From Octopus vulgaris (Eukaryota): a stretch of 64,000 nucleotides of DNA. How positions within the stretch are numbered: position 1 is the stretch's first letter; every line of letters starts with the position of its first letter. The notes below the pieces were generated by a model. That model saw nothing but the letters and a program-made list of their open reading frames with translations, had not been told where the DNA came from and did no database searches. The position numbers and the translations under genes are program-made. Location: NCBI GenBank assembly GCA_951406725.2, contig OX597815.1, positions 97,960,001 to 98,024,000 on the forward strand. The letters are read 5' to 3'. Shown in pieces: positions 39,531 through 54,230 of this stretch.

Positions 39531-42337
39531 CACATATATGCACGCATACACACACTCACACGCACACGGACACACACACACACACATATGTATATAAGCA
39601 ATTCGATATTATCGTTTCCACTTACTTTTGATTGCTTTGTGTTACTTGCTAACCGCATCTAAATCCATTTGTCTTTTTTTCTCTCCCTCTCCCTCTCTTT
39701 CACACATATATACACAAGCTATCTCTCTGTCTCTCCCTGCCATCTTTCCCTTCTCAGGCAAAACCGTGCATGTTATTTTGTGACTGAGAATGAATTGTAG
39801 CAGAGAGTTCTTAACTGCTCTGTGACTTGCGACTTAGAAGTTTGAAAGGTACTCTCTAGAAGTAGACCTACCCGAGAACATACAGCACAGACAACATTGC
39901 TAAATCGCAAGCATTGAGAGATAGTGGTATTAAACCTGTCAATTAGCTGAGTAGTTAGAGCATACTACAAAATGCTTTGCGGTATTTGTTCCATCCCTCA
40001 GCTTTGTATGATCAAATATTGTCGCGGTCAAAATTTGGACTTGATAAAATAATATCCCAGTCAAAGGGCATGGCTTTGAACTGGTAGAATTGTAAGAATA
40101 TTCTCCGAAATGTCTTGGAGTATTTCTCTATGCTCTTTACGTTCCGATTTCCTGAATGAAAGACTTAACCCGACCGATTTAACGTCTATATGAGCATTTA
40201 GTATAGTTTCGTGTGCTGCAAGTTGGTTACGATGAATGGTTTAAGAAAAACAATTATCTTTTTATCCACCTGCCTTGCTGCCCTAAAAATTGAAATGAGA
40301 TACGCGAGTACTACTCTACATTCCCTGACAATTTGTTAAAAAAGTGGACGGCGCGTATGAACAATCTGTGCCGTGAACTTGTATTAGGTCGTTCAGTAAC
40401 AACATAATTTTTCATACAAGGAATTCTTCTCGGTGTGAAATATTCGAAAACTCGGTGCTGCACAGAACGATACACCGCACTGTTCACATACATTGTTGTA
40501 ATGCGGTCAGTACCACTTTCTATCTGCAAGGGGTTAACACCTTTATATATAAACAAGAAGAGCCACCGCAGCGGGATTGCATGTGGTTTAGGAGTTAACC
40601 ATTACACACATGATCATAAGATTATGGTTTCGATTCCTGGACACTTCAACACGTGTTCTTGAGCAAAACAATTCGTTTCACGTTGGTCTAGTTGACTCAT
40701 CTAACAAAAGTTAAAATCTTGCGACTGACCGGGTCCGTCCAGAGTGAGGGTAGTGTATACACCACAGAATACGGAAACTGGCCTTACTAACCTATGACTA
40801 ATTTTCTTCCAAAAGGGCTTACTTGATAGAAGAGAATGCTTAAGGAGCTGTGCTGTGAGATTGAACCCGAAATTGCTCACCGGCAAAGTGAACGGCACAC
40901 CTACACTATATGGATTCGATGTAACTGTCTGTCTGTTGGCTTCTCTCTCTCTCTCTCTTTCTTTCCCTGTTTCTCTCTCTCTCTATCTAGCTATCTCCCA
41001 TTCTATCTCTCTCTCTCTTTCACACACACATTCACACACATTCACACACACTCACACACACTCACACACATGCACGCACTCACACACATACACCTTCTTT
41101 CATATACAAAACACCCTCTTCATTTCAGTAAGAAGTCAGGAAATAATACATTAGTTGTTCTTCTTTCTAGTTACTTTATAAAGAACACAACAAAGGACTC
41201 AACTATGAATATTGGATGCCAGATAATTCTTCACAAAATAAATATCCAACTCATCCACCTATCACGAGGAAAAATGGTTTGAAAGACCTTCGAAACCATC
41301 GAGAACGTTCACATTCGCAGATGATAAAAAATATACACTCAAGAATCAAGCAATTTTACAGAACATCTTCGCCAAGAAATGCTAACACTCAGTTCGATAG
41401 AAGACCATTGCCGAATGTAGCAAAAATCAAAAATCATAATTTGAAAAAGGCAGCCAAGAGGTCTTTCAAAGATGGAAGGAAAATTGATCGGAAATCAAAA
41501 ACCTACAATTCAAGTAACAATCACAAGAAAGGTAAGGAAACAAATCCTACTTAGTTGTTATATTGGTGAGGATTTTATACAAAAGAAACGAGCATATATG
41601 CTTTACAGTAGATATAGGATAGAGGGATTTATATTATATATAAAACAGTCCTCCATCTAAGCAGTGTTCTATGAAAAACAGTTGTAAGATATTGACTGTT
41701 GTTGGTATTTACACTTAAGGCACTCAAGGTAATTATAGAACAGACCTAGGAAAAAAAAAGCATTTGACCTGTGTCCATCTTGCCTAGTTTTCAGGAAGAG
41801 TGCATCTAGGACTAGATTATTTGATTTGTTCTTGCTTTATTTTTAAAGATAGTTTGCGATGATATACACTTAACTGATTTTTCTATCAACTCGAATACCT
41901 GTCCAGAGGCCCTGTCGTTGGATCATAAACCATGTGCTTCAGTTTAGAATATCTGTTTAATACATACAGTCACACACACACATAAATAGATATTGCTAAC
42001 TTTATTCATAAACTGTTTTCACTTGTATATAAACAAGATATATGCATACATAACTATATATTTACACATACATATACACTCATTTATATACATATTTACA
42101 GTTAGTTGCACATATAAAGAATTCGATGCTAATTACTAATGAGTAAGCAGAATGTATTCAATAATTTCTTACAAAACACAGATTCTTATCGCTGTTTAGA
42201 GCGTTTTTCAAAGATATGACATTTCTGTACTAAAGGTTTTAAATAACCAAAACAAATTCTATTTTGTTGGAATTCACTGAATAAATCTTGAATACTCTCC
42301 ATTTAACATCATGTTGGTTTGCTAGTCGAATGTTTAA

Positions 42338-42397
<60 letters not shown>

Positions 42398-42507
42398 ACA
42401 CACACACACATACACACATGTATATATGTTTATATTGATAATCGAGAATACGAAATAATTCTTGTATTTTATTTTATCTACGGTGAAACTCCCAGTCACG
42501 CATCTTG

Positions 42508-42822
42508 AGAAGACGCGTGGCTTAGTGGTTAGGGTATTCGACTCACGCTCAAAAGATTGGATTCAATACCTGGCGACACGTTGTGTCCTTGAGCAAGAAA
42601 CTTTATTTCATATTGCTCCAGTTCACTCAACTGATAAAAATGAGTTGTACCTGTAATTCAAAGAGCCAGCTTTAAAATATTCTGCCTCACACTGAATCTC
42701 CTCGAGAACTACGCTAAGAGTACGCGTATCTGTGGTGTGCTAAGCCACTTGTACGTTAATTTCGAGCTGTTCCTTTGGTCTGATCAACTGGAACATTCAT
42801 CGTCGTAATCGACGGAGAACCT
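42508..42822 (+). mobile_element. tRNA-derived SINE
   Basis: GCGTGGCTTAGTGGTTAGGG A box, GATTCAATACC B-box-like, GTGTCCTTGAGCAAG..TTGCTCCAGTTCACTCA core. Confidence 0.82.
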
Positions 42823-43124
42823 GTTAAGAAGGTGAAATTCGAAACATAAATAATAGTACTCAGTTGTTATATTGGTGAGGATTTTATACAAAAGACACAC
42901 ATACGGGTATATATGCTTTACAGTAGATATAGGACATATATAGATATAGATATATTATGTTAAAATACAGCTTCGATACAAAAGTCGAAGGATACATGTG
43001 AGACTCGAAACCACATCTGTAAATATGATAGACGTTTTACCTTTGGACTAAAGCTCTTCGAATTTCACTATCCATTTTAGAAACTTTACTGTTACCAATA
43101 GTAGAACGTCTGTTGTGTTTATAG

Positions 43125-43308
43125 GAGATGACGGTTCAAGTCCAACATGTAGCCTACGACTTTTTCTACCCTGGGGGTATTTTTACCCAATGCCTATTAT
43201 TTGTGGGTTTAACTGCTTCGTTTTTCACCGTTCCAGAATATAGAGTTATTTCACATTCTTTCGAAGTTTGTAAATCCTTATCATGTCAACAACATACAAT
43301 TCTTGCTG
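43125..43308 (+). CDS. Tentative exon for end of spacer plus linker (EMTVQVQHVAYDFFYPGG...ILA)
   Basis: tgtgtttatag acceptor; GCTG|gtaagc donor (alternative GGGG|gtattt at 43176). Open with the required phase 0 to 1. VAYDFFYP resembles the spacer-terminal I-x-F/Y-E-F/Y-x-x-P, but the usual NPG motif is absent. Confidence 0.25.
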
Positions 43309-44999
43309 GTAAGCAGAGTGATTCTAATATGGATAGAGAAATTCAAAGGATTGCTTAGGTCCAATGGTAGAAATGAAAGCTCGAGTCCCGCGAGCAACTT
43401 GCGACTCCTACCATCCAAAGGAGCTATTATTTATAGCTTTATCTGTTTCGAGTTTCAGTGTTCCACAAACAAATTGTGTGTGTGTGTGGTGTTGTGCGTA
43501 TGTGTAATGTGTATATGTGGTGTGTGTGTGTGTGTGTGTAATGTTGTGCGTATGTGTAATGTGTATATGTGGTGTGTGTGTGTGTGTGATTAAATAGGAA
43601 CGGACGTTTCATCAGTGCGACATTGAACTTCCCCATTTTGGCTGGTCAGGCTGTAGTGATATAAAATTCATTTATATTCGAACCTATAATTTGGGAAGTC
43701 ACATAATTTGAAAGAAATAACACGACTAGAAGTACATAATTATATTTGTGAGGAAAAGTCCGACATTGGTTATTTAGTGATGGGTACGTAGGTGTGACGT
43801 GAGTAGGGAAAACAAGAGTAAGAGTGACTGAAAGGAGAGATATGTGTAGGAAAACCGAAAGAAAGAAAAAGTGAAATGGAGACACAGCGATACGTCGTTA
43901 AGCATATAATTTAACTCTGATTATCTCTGATCGTTAGATGTTTGACAAGCTCTGGAAATTGTTATACTGAAGTATCTCTGATGAATATAACAGTTATGAA
44001 GTATCTCTGATGAAGATTATATCAGTTTAACGGCTTACCTATTTAAAATACAATATAACCATAATATATTACGTTCTAAAGATTCCTCAGCGAGTAATAA
44101 TTATCAAAATACGCTTTGAACTTGAATGACAAATACACAACTTGAACATCAAATGGAAACCTTTGTACTGCAGAAAATCCTATAACCAATTGTTAAATGA
44201 TTCAATGATTTACGCATCTGCAAGAATTTAGAAATCTTGCTTCACTTTTAAGGATATTCTGAGTTGAAATTCTAACTTTTACTCAATAAATTCAAAATAC
44301 CATTTAGTCAGCATTAGAGTTACCTTTCCTGGCCCATAAATCGTAAATGTTTATAATTAGCTTTTATGTCACTAAATCTCATCATATTGTATATTATGCT
44401 CTCTCATTCTATTCTTCTACAGGTAACTCTATTACCCTTCAATTTCTAAAGTTTATTTATATTCTGTGCGCAAAACTCTTCTCTCTTCCTCTATTTTTCC
44501 CAATATTATCTTCGTGTCATTTATTTTGTCTTTCTATTTCTCTTTACGATCTAAATTCCTTTCTCTTTTTTCTTTGTCACTCTTTTCGCTTGTTTTTACT
44601 CTTTATGTTTCTTGTTATTTCTTTCTTTCCTTCATAGCCGGCACTGCTCATGCCTTACATATCCACTTTTCAATAAGCCATAACAAACAATCCTTCACAA
44701 ATGCTCTTTCGAAATATATATCAGAACTACTTTTAAATACGAGTATTTTTATAACTTCACCATTTATATGCCCATATATTGATAGGCGTTCTAAATATGA
44801 TCAGTATAGCATGACATGCTGTTAGGCAGTGAACAAAGTCACATGAGAAGACCCAGGTTCTATTAAATTTCATATCGCTTTAAGTAGATTCTCCGTCAGT
44901 CTCGACGATGAGTCACTCAGTTGTTTAGTGACAAGAAGCAGCTATCGATTGTATGTCTGCGTGCAAACATACTTACAAGGAAACACATGCGCGTGCACA

Positions 45000-45037
<38 letters not shown>

Positions 45038-46327
45038 ATCTATATATCTTTCAATCTCTCTTTCTCTCTGTATCTCTTTCTCTTTATCTCTTCCGCCTTC
45101 TACCTTACCCAAGTACATATTGTAGTATGGCAAGTGTTAACTTTTCCGTGACATAAAGTTTCAAGTCTCAAGCAAGAACTCTTCACATAATCATTAGACA
45201 TATTTCAAATACAACTGCATAACAGACAAAAAAGGCTTTCTAAAATCAACTTCTTGTTGCGCATGAATGTACATCATATTGCAATGAAGCGTAAATTTCT
45301 TGCATCTGCGATATTGATAAATTCCCTTACATTAAATATTTAAATATGGATATGTCAAAATTTAAAATACAATTCTAAAAATTCAATATTTTGTGCATTT
45401 ACCAATATATTTTTATAAATGCGGCTTGTTGTGCATCCAAGGCCGCGTGCTTTTGCAGAAGGCAAGAAGAAATTGATGTGTCTGCATTTGTAGAAAATTT
45501 ATGAAAATTTACTTCACTTATACATTTAAATAGTTTTCTTTTTCAAATTAATTACTATCATTTCCTGATACTAAATTGCAAAGGCTTAACACACTTTTAT
45601 ATAAATTGCAAAGGCTTAACACACTTTTATATTCATTCTAGAATATTAAAGTGGATCTTGAATTTTTGCTTCAAATTGCCGAAATTTCTAAATGTAGTTC
45701 AGTAGATCTTGGGGCATTACTTGTATTCTTCTCCATATTCGTGAAAGAAAATAAAGCTGTGACTGAAATAGCTTTATTTGAGGGCATGTATGGATACTCA
45801 CACGAATCATATGCAGACACAAGCGCGCATACCCACAAAATTATATTTATGTATATGTATGTGTGTGACTGTGTATTGTGTGCGCGCGCGTATATATATC
45901 GGAAAAAGCAGTACTCAATACCATATACTTATTTTCGATGAGTCTTCATCATACATATGTATGTGTGTAGGTATAGATGTATGTTTGTATGCATGTATAT
46001 ATGCACGCACGTATGCATATATGCATGTATCTATCTATTTATCTACCTATCTGTATATTATCTATGCATGTATGTGTATATATGTGTATGTAGGTGTGTT
46101 TTCTAAAGATTTGTATTACCTCATTTGCCCAGCAATACTTTCATTGTCAGTGCGTGTTAATTATCTAAAATAACGAGAGAGCTTTGTGTGGTGCAGTACA
46201 TAGATACATATAATGTGTGTGTGTGCGTATGTGGTCGTGTGTGTGTATGTGTGTGGGGGGTGTAATAAATGCATAGATATACACATACATACAAACAAAC
46301 CGCATACATACATACATACATACATAA

Positions 46328-46358
<31 letters not shown>

Positions 46359-46591
46359 CATACATACATCAGCTTCCTTCCGAAGGAATTTTTCTCAAAA
46401 GATCCGTTTGATCGGACTGTTTTGTCCTACAGACCTATACAACATTTTGTGACAGATAGAAAATTAGAGAATAAATAAATAAACAACAAATTTCAAAATA
46501 ACAGCAAAATAAAATGTGATTTTTATATTTGAATTACATATATATGTATTGAGAATATACAATTTCTATGTTAACTGGAATATGTGTATGT

Positions 46592-46642
<51 letters not shown>

Positions 46643-46964
46643 ATACATATATATATGGGTGTGTATGTACGTGTGTATTCTTCCATTGTCCTTATTTTCT
46701 TAAAGACTGATTTTGTACTTTTGTGTTTATTGATTTCACTAAAGCAATTTCCCTTGATACTTCTATTATTTTTTTTATTATATTTCTTATATAAAAACTT
46801 AACTTTTTTTCTTTTTTTTTCTTTCTTTCTTTTTTTTTTTTCTCAGAAAGATATCTAAGTGATGTTCCCTTTTCTTTTTTAATGTTTGTGATGTTTTAGG
46901 TTTTAGAAAACTGTTTTATTATTTTTTTTAATACTTATTCATTGTGTTCCATCATGTCTGGCAG

Positions 46965-47027
46965 CAAATTGTGGTTCATGCAAAAGAACTAAGAAGCGTA
47001 AAGAATTATTTTGCCAAGGTGCTTTTG
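46965..47027 (+). CDS. ADAMTSL5: Exon encoding probable start of NTR/C345C module (xNCGSCKRTKKRKELFCQGAF)
   Basis: Acceptor tctggcag|CA, strong donor TTTG|gtaagt; 63 nt. The phase 1 frame gives C-x-x-C-x9-FC-x3-F, like the C-x-x-C...YC-x-SDF-V start of the ADAMTSL5 NTR domain. The phase 0 frame is also open but uninformative. Confidence 0.72.
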
Positions 47028-49085
47028 GTAAGTGCTATTGAAATTTCTTTTGCTACGTTTCTGTTTTTGTATGTATTTGTAACGTAGTGTATTGTAACGA
47101 AGAGGTTATTTTTTTTACATTTTTGTTAATGCTTGCTGTTTTATTATTTCAAATTTTATATTACTTATACCTTTATTTTTGCTTCGTCAACTACCTCTCA
47201 GAAAGTATGTTCTTGTTTAGCATTCTTGAACGTATTAACCATTCCATTATTTTATTTAAAAACAATGAAACAACTATGCTTGTATTCTTCCTATATCTTT
47301 AACATCTGACAAAATGTTTTTTTTTGTTGATTTCTTTGATATTTCTATTGCAATTTTTTTTTCTAAAGTTCACCTTATGTTATTCAATTATCAATTGATG
47401 TTGCCCATGAGTCAACGAGGTTTTTCCAATGTGGTGGTAAACCAGCTAGAAATAGCGGCCAAACCTTCAGAGGAGAAAAAAATTCCACATGATAATATAG
47501 TTCTAAATACACCGTGATGACTGAAAAAATAATACTCGGTGGGTACTGCCGGAGCGTGTCTCAGGAAGAGTGTAATCTAGGGCTAAACAGCAATTACGAC
47601 ACTACCATCGCCACCCCTACCACCACCACTGGTACCACCACCACCACCACTATCACCACCGCCAACTCGCCTACTAACACCATCAACAACAACACACTAT
47701 CATGTAAACAGCCTCGTGTCTTGAAACATCAGTTAAACTTTCCTGAAAATTAGAAGTGCACATTTTTTCATGTAATCCTACATAAAGTGTGCTTGAATAA
47801 ATACGGCATTATCACGACTGTGACGCATTTTTGGGTGTAACTTTGCTCGGGCAGGATGACATTCAACTGAACAAGAATAAGAAGTGATGAGTTTGTGCAC
47901 ATCAAACTCCTTATTCAACACTAAGTAAATGTGATTAGTTTGCTCGATTCGATTTTGTTTCTCTTTGCCTCGCGTTATTTCACTTAAACATCAATAATAT
48001 TATTGGGAAAAGCATGAATGTTACAACTCTTAGCAGCTATTTTGCATGTTTTCTATAAGTTTAACTTGATGAGTAGTGAATTGTTAATCCTGTATACTTA
48101 GTGGTAATCTGCTTAACCATATGTACAGGGCGGTTTCATTTCCTGTTTGAAGGTATATCATTCACTCATAAACCACACAGTCCCTATACAAAGAAAACAT
48201 TCTAAGTGTGATCTATATCACTTTTTTATCAACTTACACTTCCTATTAGAACATTTTCTCCCATTTCTGCGCATTGAAAAAATACAAATTTCCAATTAAT
48301 TCGAAAAATATTTCTTAGCATATTCACTGGATTTCCTTTTCATCCATACACTGAATTCATATACAACCTATAAATACTAGAACACCGATACAATAAAAAG
48401 AGAGCAGTCGTTACATCTTTTTTAACTACATATATATCTGCCATCTCCGAAATGTATGTATGCACTTGGTGACCGCCATGTTATCAAATATCCTGTGCGA
48501 AACCTGTTAAGATTGACTGCAAAAGATTTATAATATATGCATACATACATACATACATACATACCTTAAGACAAACACACACACACACACACATATATAT
48601 ACACACAAATATATATATGTCTGTATGCATATGTAAAACACAAACACACCACACACAATCATGCACACGCGCAAGCGCACACATACACAGAAATTGTTGC
48701 CACTATATCAAGCTTCGTTCACCTTTATTATTACCAAAAAATAAGTAAAATCACAAGCATTCACTACATTTTGGATAAAGCGAACTACAAACCGATGCCT
48801 GCGTCTATATTAAGCCACGCCTAGGTATTTTTACACTAATTACTCTAAATTACTGAATTCTCTAACTAGAACTTCGTGCTAGACAATTGTTTCAATATTT
48901 TTCTCCAGCCACAAGCAAAAAGGAACAAATTGCAGAAAAGTTACATAGTTAATGAACATTTCTGTGAAATGATGTACCCCTATACAAAACACAGGCCTAC
49001 AACATGAAACACGCATAGACATACACACATACACACACATATATACATACGCACACATATGGATAATATACACATATTTTCAGAC

Positions 49086-49801
<716 letters not shown>

Positions 49802-50794
49802 CTTTTAAACTAGGTTACGGGGAACGTTTTGAATATGCAAATATAGCTCGTATTCCATTATGTCTACAACAGCCTAATTATGCTGACTGATGAACCAGTT
49901 TTGGTGGGTTGAGTCGAGCTGTGCTGATAAAGTGTAAGATAAATATAGTAATAATAACAATAATCCTTGGATGGAAATTATTAACATTTAATGAATCGCT
50001 ACACGCGTTTCCACAGATCTCATGTCTTTTAAGAGCACAGTCCGTATTCTTGGAATGATCAAAGTGTAGTCCGTAGCATACATGGGCATCGGGATGATCC
50101 TCTTCACGGATTCATTTCTTCAAGCGATATAACATCAATGGATGTTTAATAGAGGGATGTTTATTCCTTTTGACCAGTGCGAAGGTTGATTGAGTTATGC
50201 ATGTATTTGTGTGTATTTGGTGGAGCGGATGGGAAGGTGATGGAAAGAGATCTCATTTAAGGCATGACTATCTTCAATGAATTCTGAAGTAAACAGCTCA
50301 GCTGGTACACCCATCAGCTTTTGAGGTTTATTGTCTGAATTGATAAATGATACTTTCCTAGGGTGATCTTTAAATTATTTTTGATGGTATAGTGTATAGC
50401 ATCCTAAATATTAGTTGGTTTGTTTATTTGTTTGTGTTTCTTCCTTGTTCTAGAAAATGCAAGGGTGGTTGATGTTATTCCGTTTCAATTCTATCAAATT
50501 ACCGAAACGATGTTTTGTTTTTAAGTTTATATGCTATGAACACCACAGAGTATCTATTTACCACGTTTTCCCTGAATGTAATAGGATTACAGGAGAAAGA
50601 AGAAAGAGGAACACTATTAGTAACTACGCTGGTAGAACGGAAACAAATAATATCTTATGTAACTGTAGACGTAAAGGAGAATTCAGATTTAACAACAATT
50701 GCGTCATAAAGAATTTACTTTAGAAATTTGAGGTTAAGGCACTGGTGGCACTGGTGACCGGAGACACCATGAAATACCGTCTACATAACCATCA

Positions 50795-51133
50795 TACTCT
50801 TTTACTTGTTTCAGCCATTTGACTGTGGCCATGCTGGAGCAAATCGACCCCAGGACTTATATTTTGTAAGCCTCTTTTGCCAAACCGCTACGTTACGGGG
50901 ACGTAAAGACACCAACATCGGTTGTCAAGGGATGTTGGGGGGAAAACACAGACACACAAACATATATATATCCATATATTCGACGGGCTTCTTTTCAGTT
51001 TCCGTCTACCAAATCCACTCACAAAGTCGGCCCGAAGTTATATTAGAAGACACTTGCCCAAGGTGCCACGAAGTGGGACTGAACCCGGAATCATGTGGTT
51101 GGTAAGTAAGCTACTTACCACACAGCCACTCCT
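50795..51133 (-). mobile_element. tRNA-derived SINE (GGAGTGGCTGTGTGGTAAG family), well preserved
   Basis: Minus strand GGAGTGGCTGTGTGGTAAGTAGCTT..CCGGGTTCAGTCCC; homologous to the copies at 18785 and 53527. Confidence 0.88.
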
Positions 51134-51174
51134 AACCCTATTAAAAATATATATAAGAAAATATAATACATATA

Positions 51175-51420
51175 TAAATAAAAAGTACTCCGCATCACTA
51201 CCGAATATCGCCTGGGGGCTCAAACAGAATGGAGTGGAGCATACGACCAACTGGTCCATTATAAAGATGCTGCGCTATACAATGTAAGATCAATGGTATG
51301 CAACTTATGCCTAGATGAAACTCTGGAAATCATCACATCCAGGGAAAACGTGATGAATAGACACTTTGAGATAGTCATATCAAATAAACATAAAAGCAAA
51401 ATATTGTTTCTGGAATTTGA
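51175..51420 (+). mobile_element. Penelope-like element, GIY-YIG endonuclease C-terminal remnant
   Basis: SLPNIAWGLKQNG..NWSII..CNLCLDE.L.I..MNRH.E..NKHKSK matches the PLE LS..IW.LK..WSI..C.LCL.E..LN.R.E..C.H..K motif. Confidence 0.8.
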
Positions 51421-51429
51421 AAAAAATCA

Positions 51430-51981
51430 TGCATGGGAACGAATTTCGCCGACACTCGCCGTATGCACACATCCAATGATAATTTGAAATGCACTGATCC
51501 TGTGCATTTTCCCACTTCGTTAGCAATTTCCTGGCTTGCTATACGATGATCTTCCATGACTATTCGCCGAACCTTCGCAATCGGATGCTTGTTTCTGCTT
51601 CTGGATTGCCTGCCTGAGCACACCACGCGCTGCTCTGAGTTGCATCCATGTTTGAAGCATTGATGTGAGTATTGTCCATGACGTCATCACGAAGGCCCGC
51701 CGAATCTTCTAGCTTGTCTGTGCTTGAATATTAACAAGCTTTTGGCAAAACGTGATGCAATATTTCTGCTTGAAGCGTTACGTAAAAACGAAAATCCAAC
51801 ACGTGCGCACTAGACGTCTGTACTCAAAGTGTAACAGCCGGAAACTGATGCAGCCTATGGGCGCAAGAATTTTCAGGCATGCGTAGAAAGAGTAGTGTCA
51901 TCTTCCACCCAAAGAATATTGCCCTCGTGACTTTAGTTTTGGTGGGAAAAAAATAAAGTCGGACACTTTTTGAAAGTTTGT
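51430..51981 (-). mobile_element. mariner transposon 5' remnant (TIR + HTH region)
   Basis: SGRQS.S..IAKVRRIVMEDHRIASQEIANEVG..GS.H..RRVSAKFVP is the mariner GRP...(W/F)VP linker; a TIR-like TTCAAAAAGTGTCCGAC lies at the end. Confidence 0.85.
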
Positions 51982-52746
51982 ATAGTCATATGTTAACTAA
52001 TTGGCCTTTCACTTATGCGATTCGGGTTTGAAACCACTTCAAGGCTTCTTAGACAAGCTTTATGCGTGAGAATGTTTGTAGAGTAGGTTGAACAGTAGAC
52101 CTAAAGAGTTACATGGTTTATGACTATCGCTTGGTCTTCAATTGCGTTGAGTTGTATGTTTCCATGTCAGATGTCAGACCAAAAGAAAATTAAAGTGCAG
52201 AAATACATGATCTGTACTTTCTTCGACCATTTCTCTATATCACTCTTGATTACCTTGTAACGATCAGGCAAGCTTCTCTTCTTTCTCTGGTAAATCATTA
52301 AATAAGGGATATCTTTATACAGTCACAAACAAACAAAGACACACGCACATACATATGCATACACACATGTATATAATATAGATGTATATATATATATATA
52401 TATATCCATTTGTAAATAATGTATGTCACACATACATATACAAAACTATATATATATGTGTGTGTGTGTGTGTATACATGCATAAATGCGTATGTGCGTG
52501 GATACATACATATACAAAGAAAAGGCTGCGTGCTAAGGAGTGTATATATATATATATACATATATATATATTGCTTATGCAATATATAGACAAGAAATAG
52601 ATGCTGCGTTTATCCGAACAAGAGTGTTCTTCTCATATTCCTATACGACACTAATACATTGCCCCGCTTCGTATGGATTTATGAATAAATGTATACACAT
52701 ACATATATACATATGCAAATCACATACACTTATGCATAAATATCCT

Positions 52747-52867
<121 letters not shown>

Positions 52868-52930
52868 GTATATATATATACATATATATATATATACACA
52901 CACATATATATATACGTAGCTGTGAGTGTG

Positions 52931-52978
<48 letters not shown>

Positions 52979-53089
52979 TGTATGTATGTATGGACAGACA
53001 GACAGACAAATAGATAGATAAGAGTGCATATGTATTATAAACGCACACCTACGTAAACTGTTCAACTAATATGATTTCAGAATTTGCTT

Positions 53090-53680
53090 AATATTTGTCT
53101 TTAGAGAATTTAGTCTGAATATTGCCATCGACATCTTTATGAAACAAGTTAATTTCCAGGACATCACTTTACACTTAGACATAAGTAAATGTATTCCGTA
53201 CCTAAACCCATGGGGGAGCTGCTTTACTTCAATTAACTTGCTATTCCCCCTTTCATAGTCTTAAAAAAAAACTACTGAATATTATTATTAGATAGTTTTC
53301 TCATCATATTTTATATAATAATGGTGAGACTTTCAAACGTATAATATAATACATGCATCATTCTATAATAGACACACAAATAAATAGTAGGAATATTATT
53401 TGCTTAATTTTGTACCACTGGTTTAAATACAATTTCTAATATAGCAAAAGATTCCGTAGGCTAAGTACATAAGCACTTCTTCAGGTCACATAGATACCTT
53501 AATATAAATCTTTAATAAAAATATAGCCGCAGGCGTGGTTGTGTGGTAAGAAGTTTGCATCTGAACCACATGCTCAGTTGTTCAATCCCACTGCGAGGTA
53601 TCTCGCGCAAGTATCTTCTACTATAGCATCGGGCCGAACAAAGCCTTGTGAGTGGATTTGGTAAACGGTAAAGGCCCGTC

Positions 53681-53732
<52 letters not shown>

Positions 53733-54230
53733 GTGTGTTTGTCTCTCACCACTATTCGAAAACCAGTATGAGTGTGCTTACGTCCTCGTAATCTAGCAGT
53801 TCTGCAAAACAGAGTGACAGTATAACTACTAGGCATTAAAAAATAAGTAATGAGGTCGATTTCTTTGACGAAAACGCTTCAAAGCGATGCCTCAACATGG
53901 ACGCAGTGAAATGACGGAAACAAATAAAGGATGTAAGATAAAAGATAAAGATTAGATATAGTTATTCTAAATATTTCTTGTTTTGTGTATCAAAGATGAG
54001 CAGAAGGAGTCATACAAACCGAACAGATAAAAATCTTTATTTCTGCATAATTGAAACAGGATTTATTGTCCATCAATGGAAAGTGCTTTCACAAGACATT
54101 GATACATATCGAGCCAAGTCTCATCTGACGCTACGGAGCGAAATTATGTACGTCTGACAATCAACTCATTTAAATAGGCATGAATGTATGAATATCCTCA
54201 TTCTCATTACTGAGTGTCGAAAACCTCAGA
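53090..54230 (+). mobile_element. Decayed Penelope-like element interrupted by a SINE (53527-53930)
   Basis: VNFQDITL.L..PYLKP (RT C-terminus, ~53150) and NGKC..YRAK..YV.LT (GIY-YIG, ~54070-54160) on either side of a tRNA-derived SINE. Confidence 0.6.

Noticed and set aside
43596-44940. Other CTGATGA-type hammerhead-like motifs (~43610 minus, ~43978, ~44905; also ~49887)
   Set aside because: Each lacks stem II or the GAAA box; at best decayed remnants.
45572-45631. Perfect 30-bp tandem duplication (similar short duplications at ~3781, ~19670, ~30408)
   Set aside because: Ordinary slippage duplications with two copies and no spacers; not CRISPR-like.
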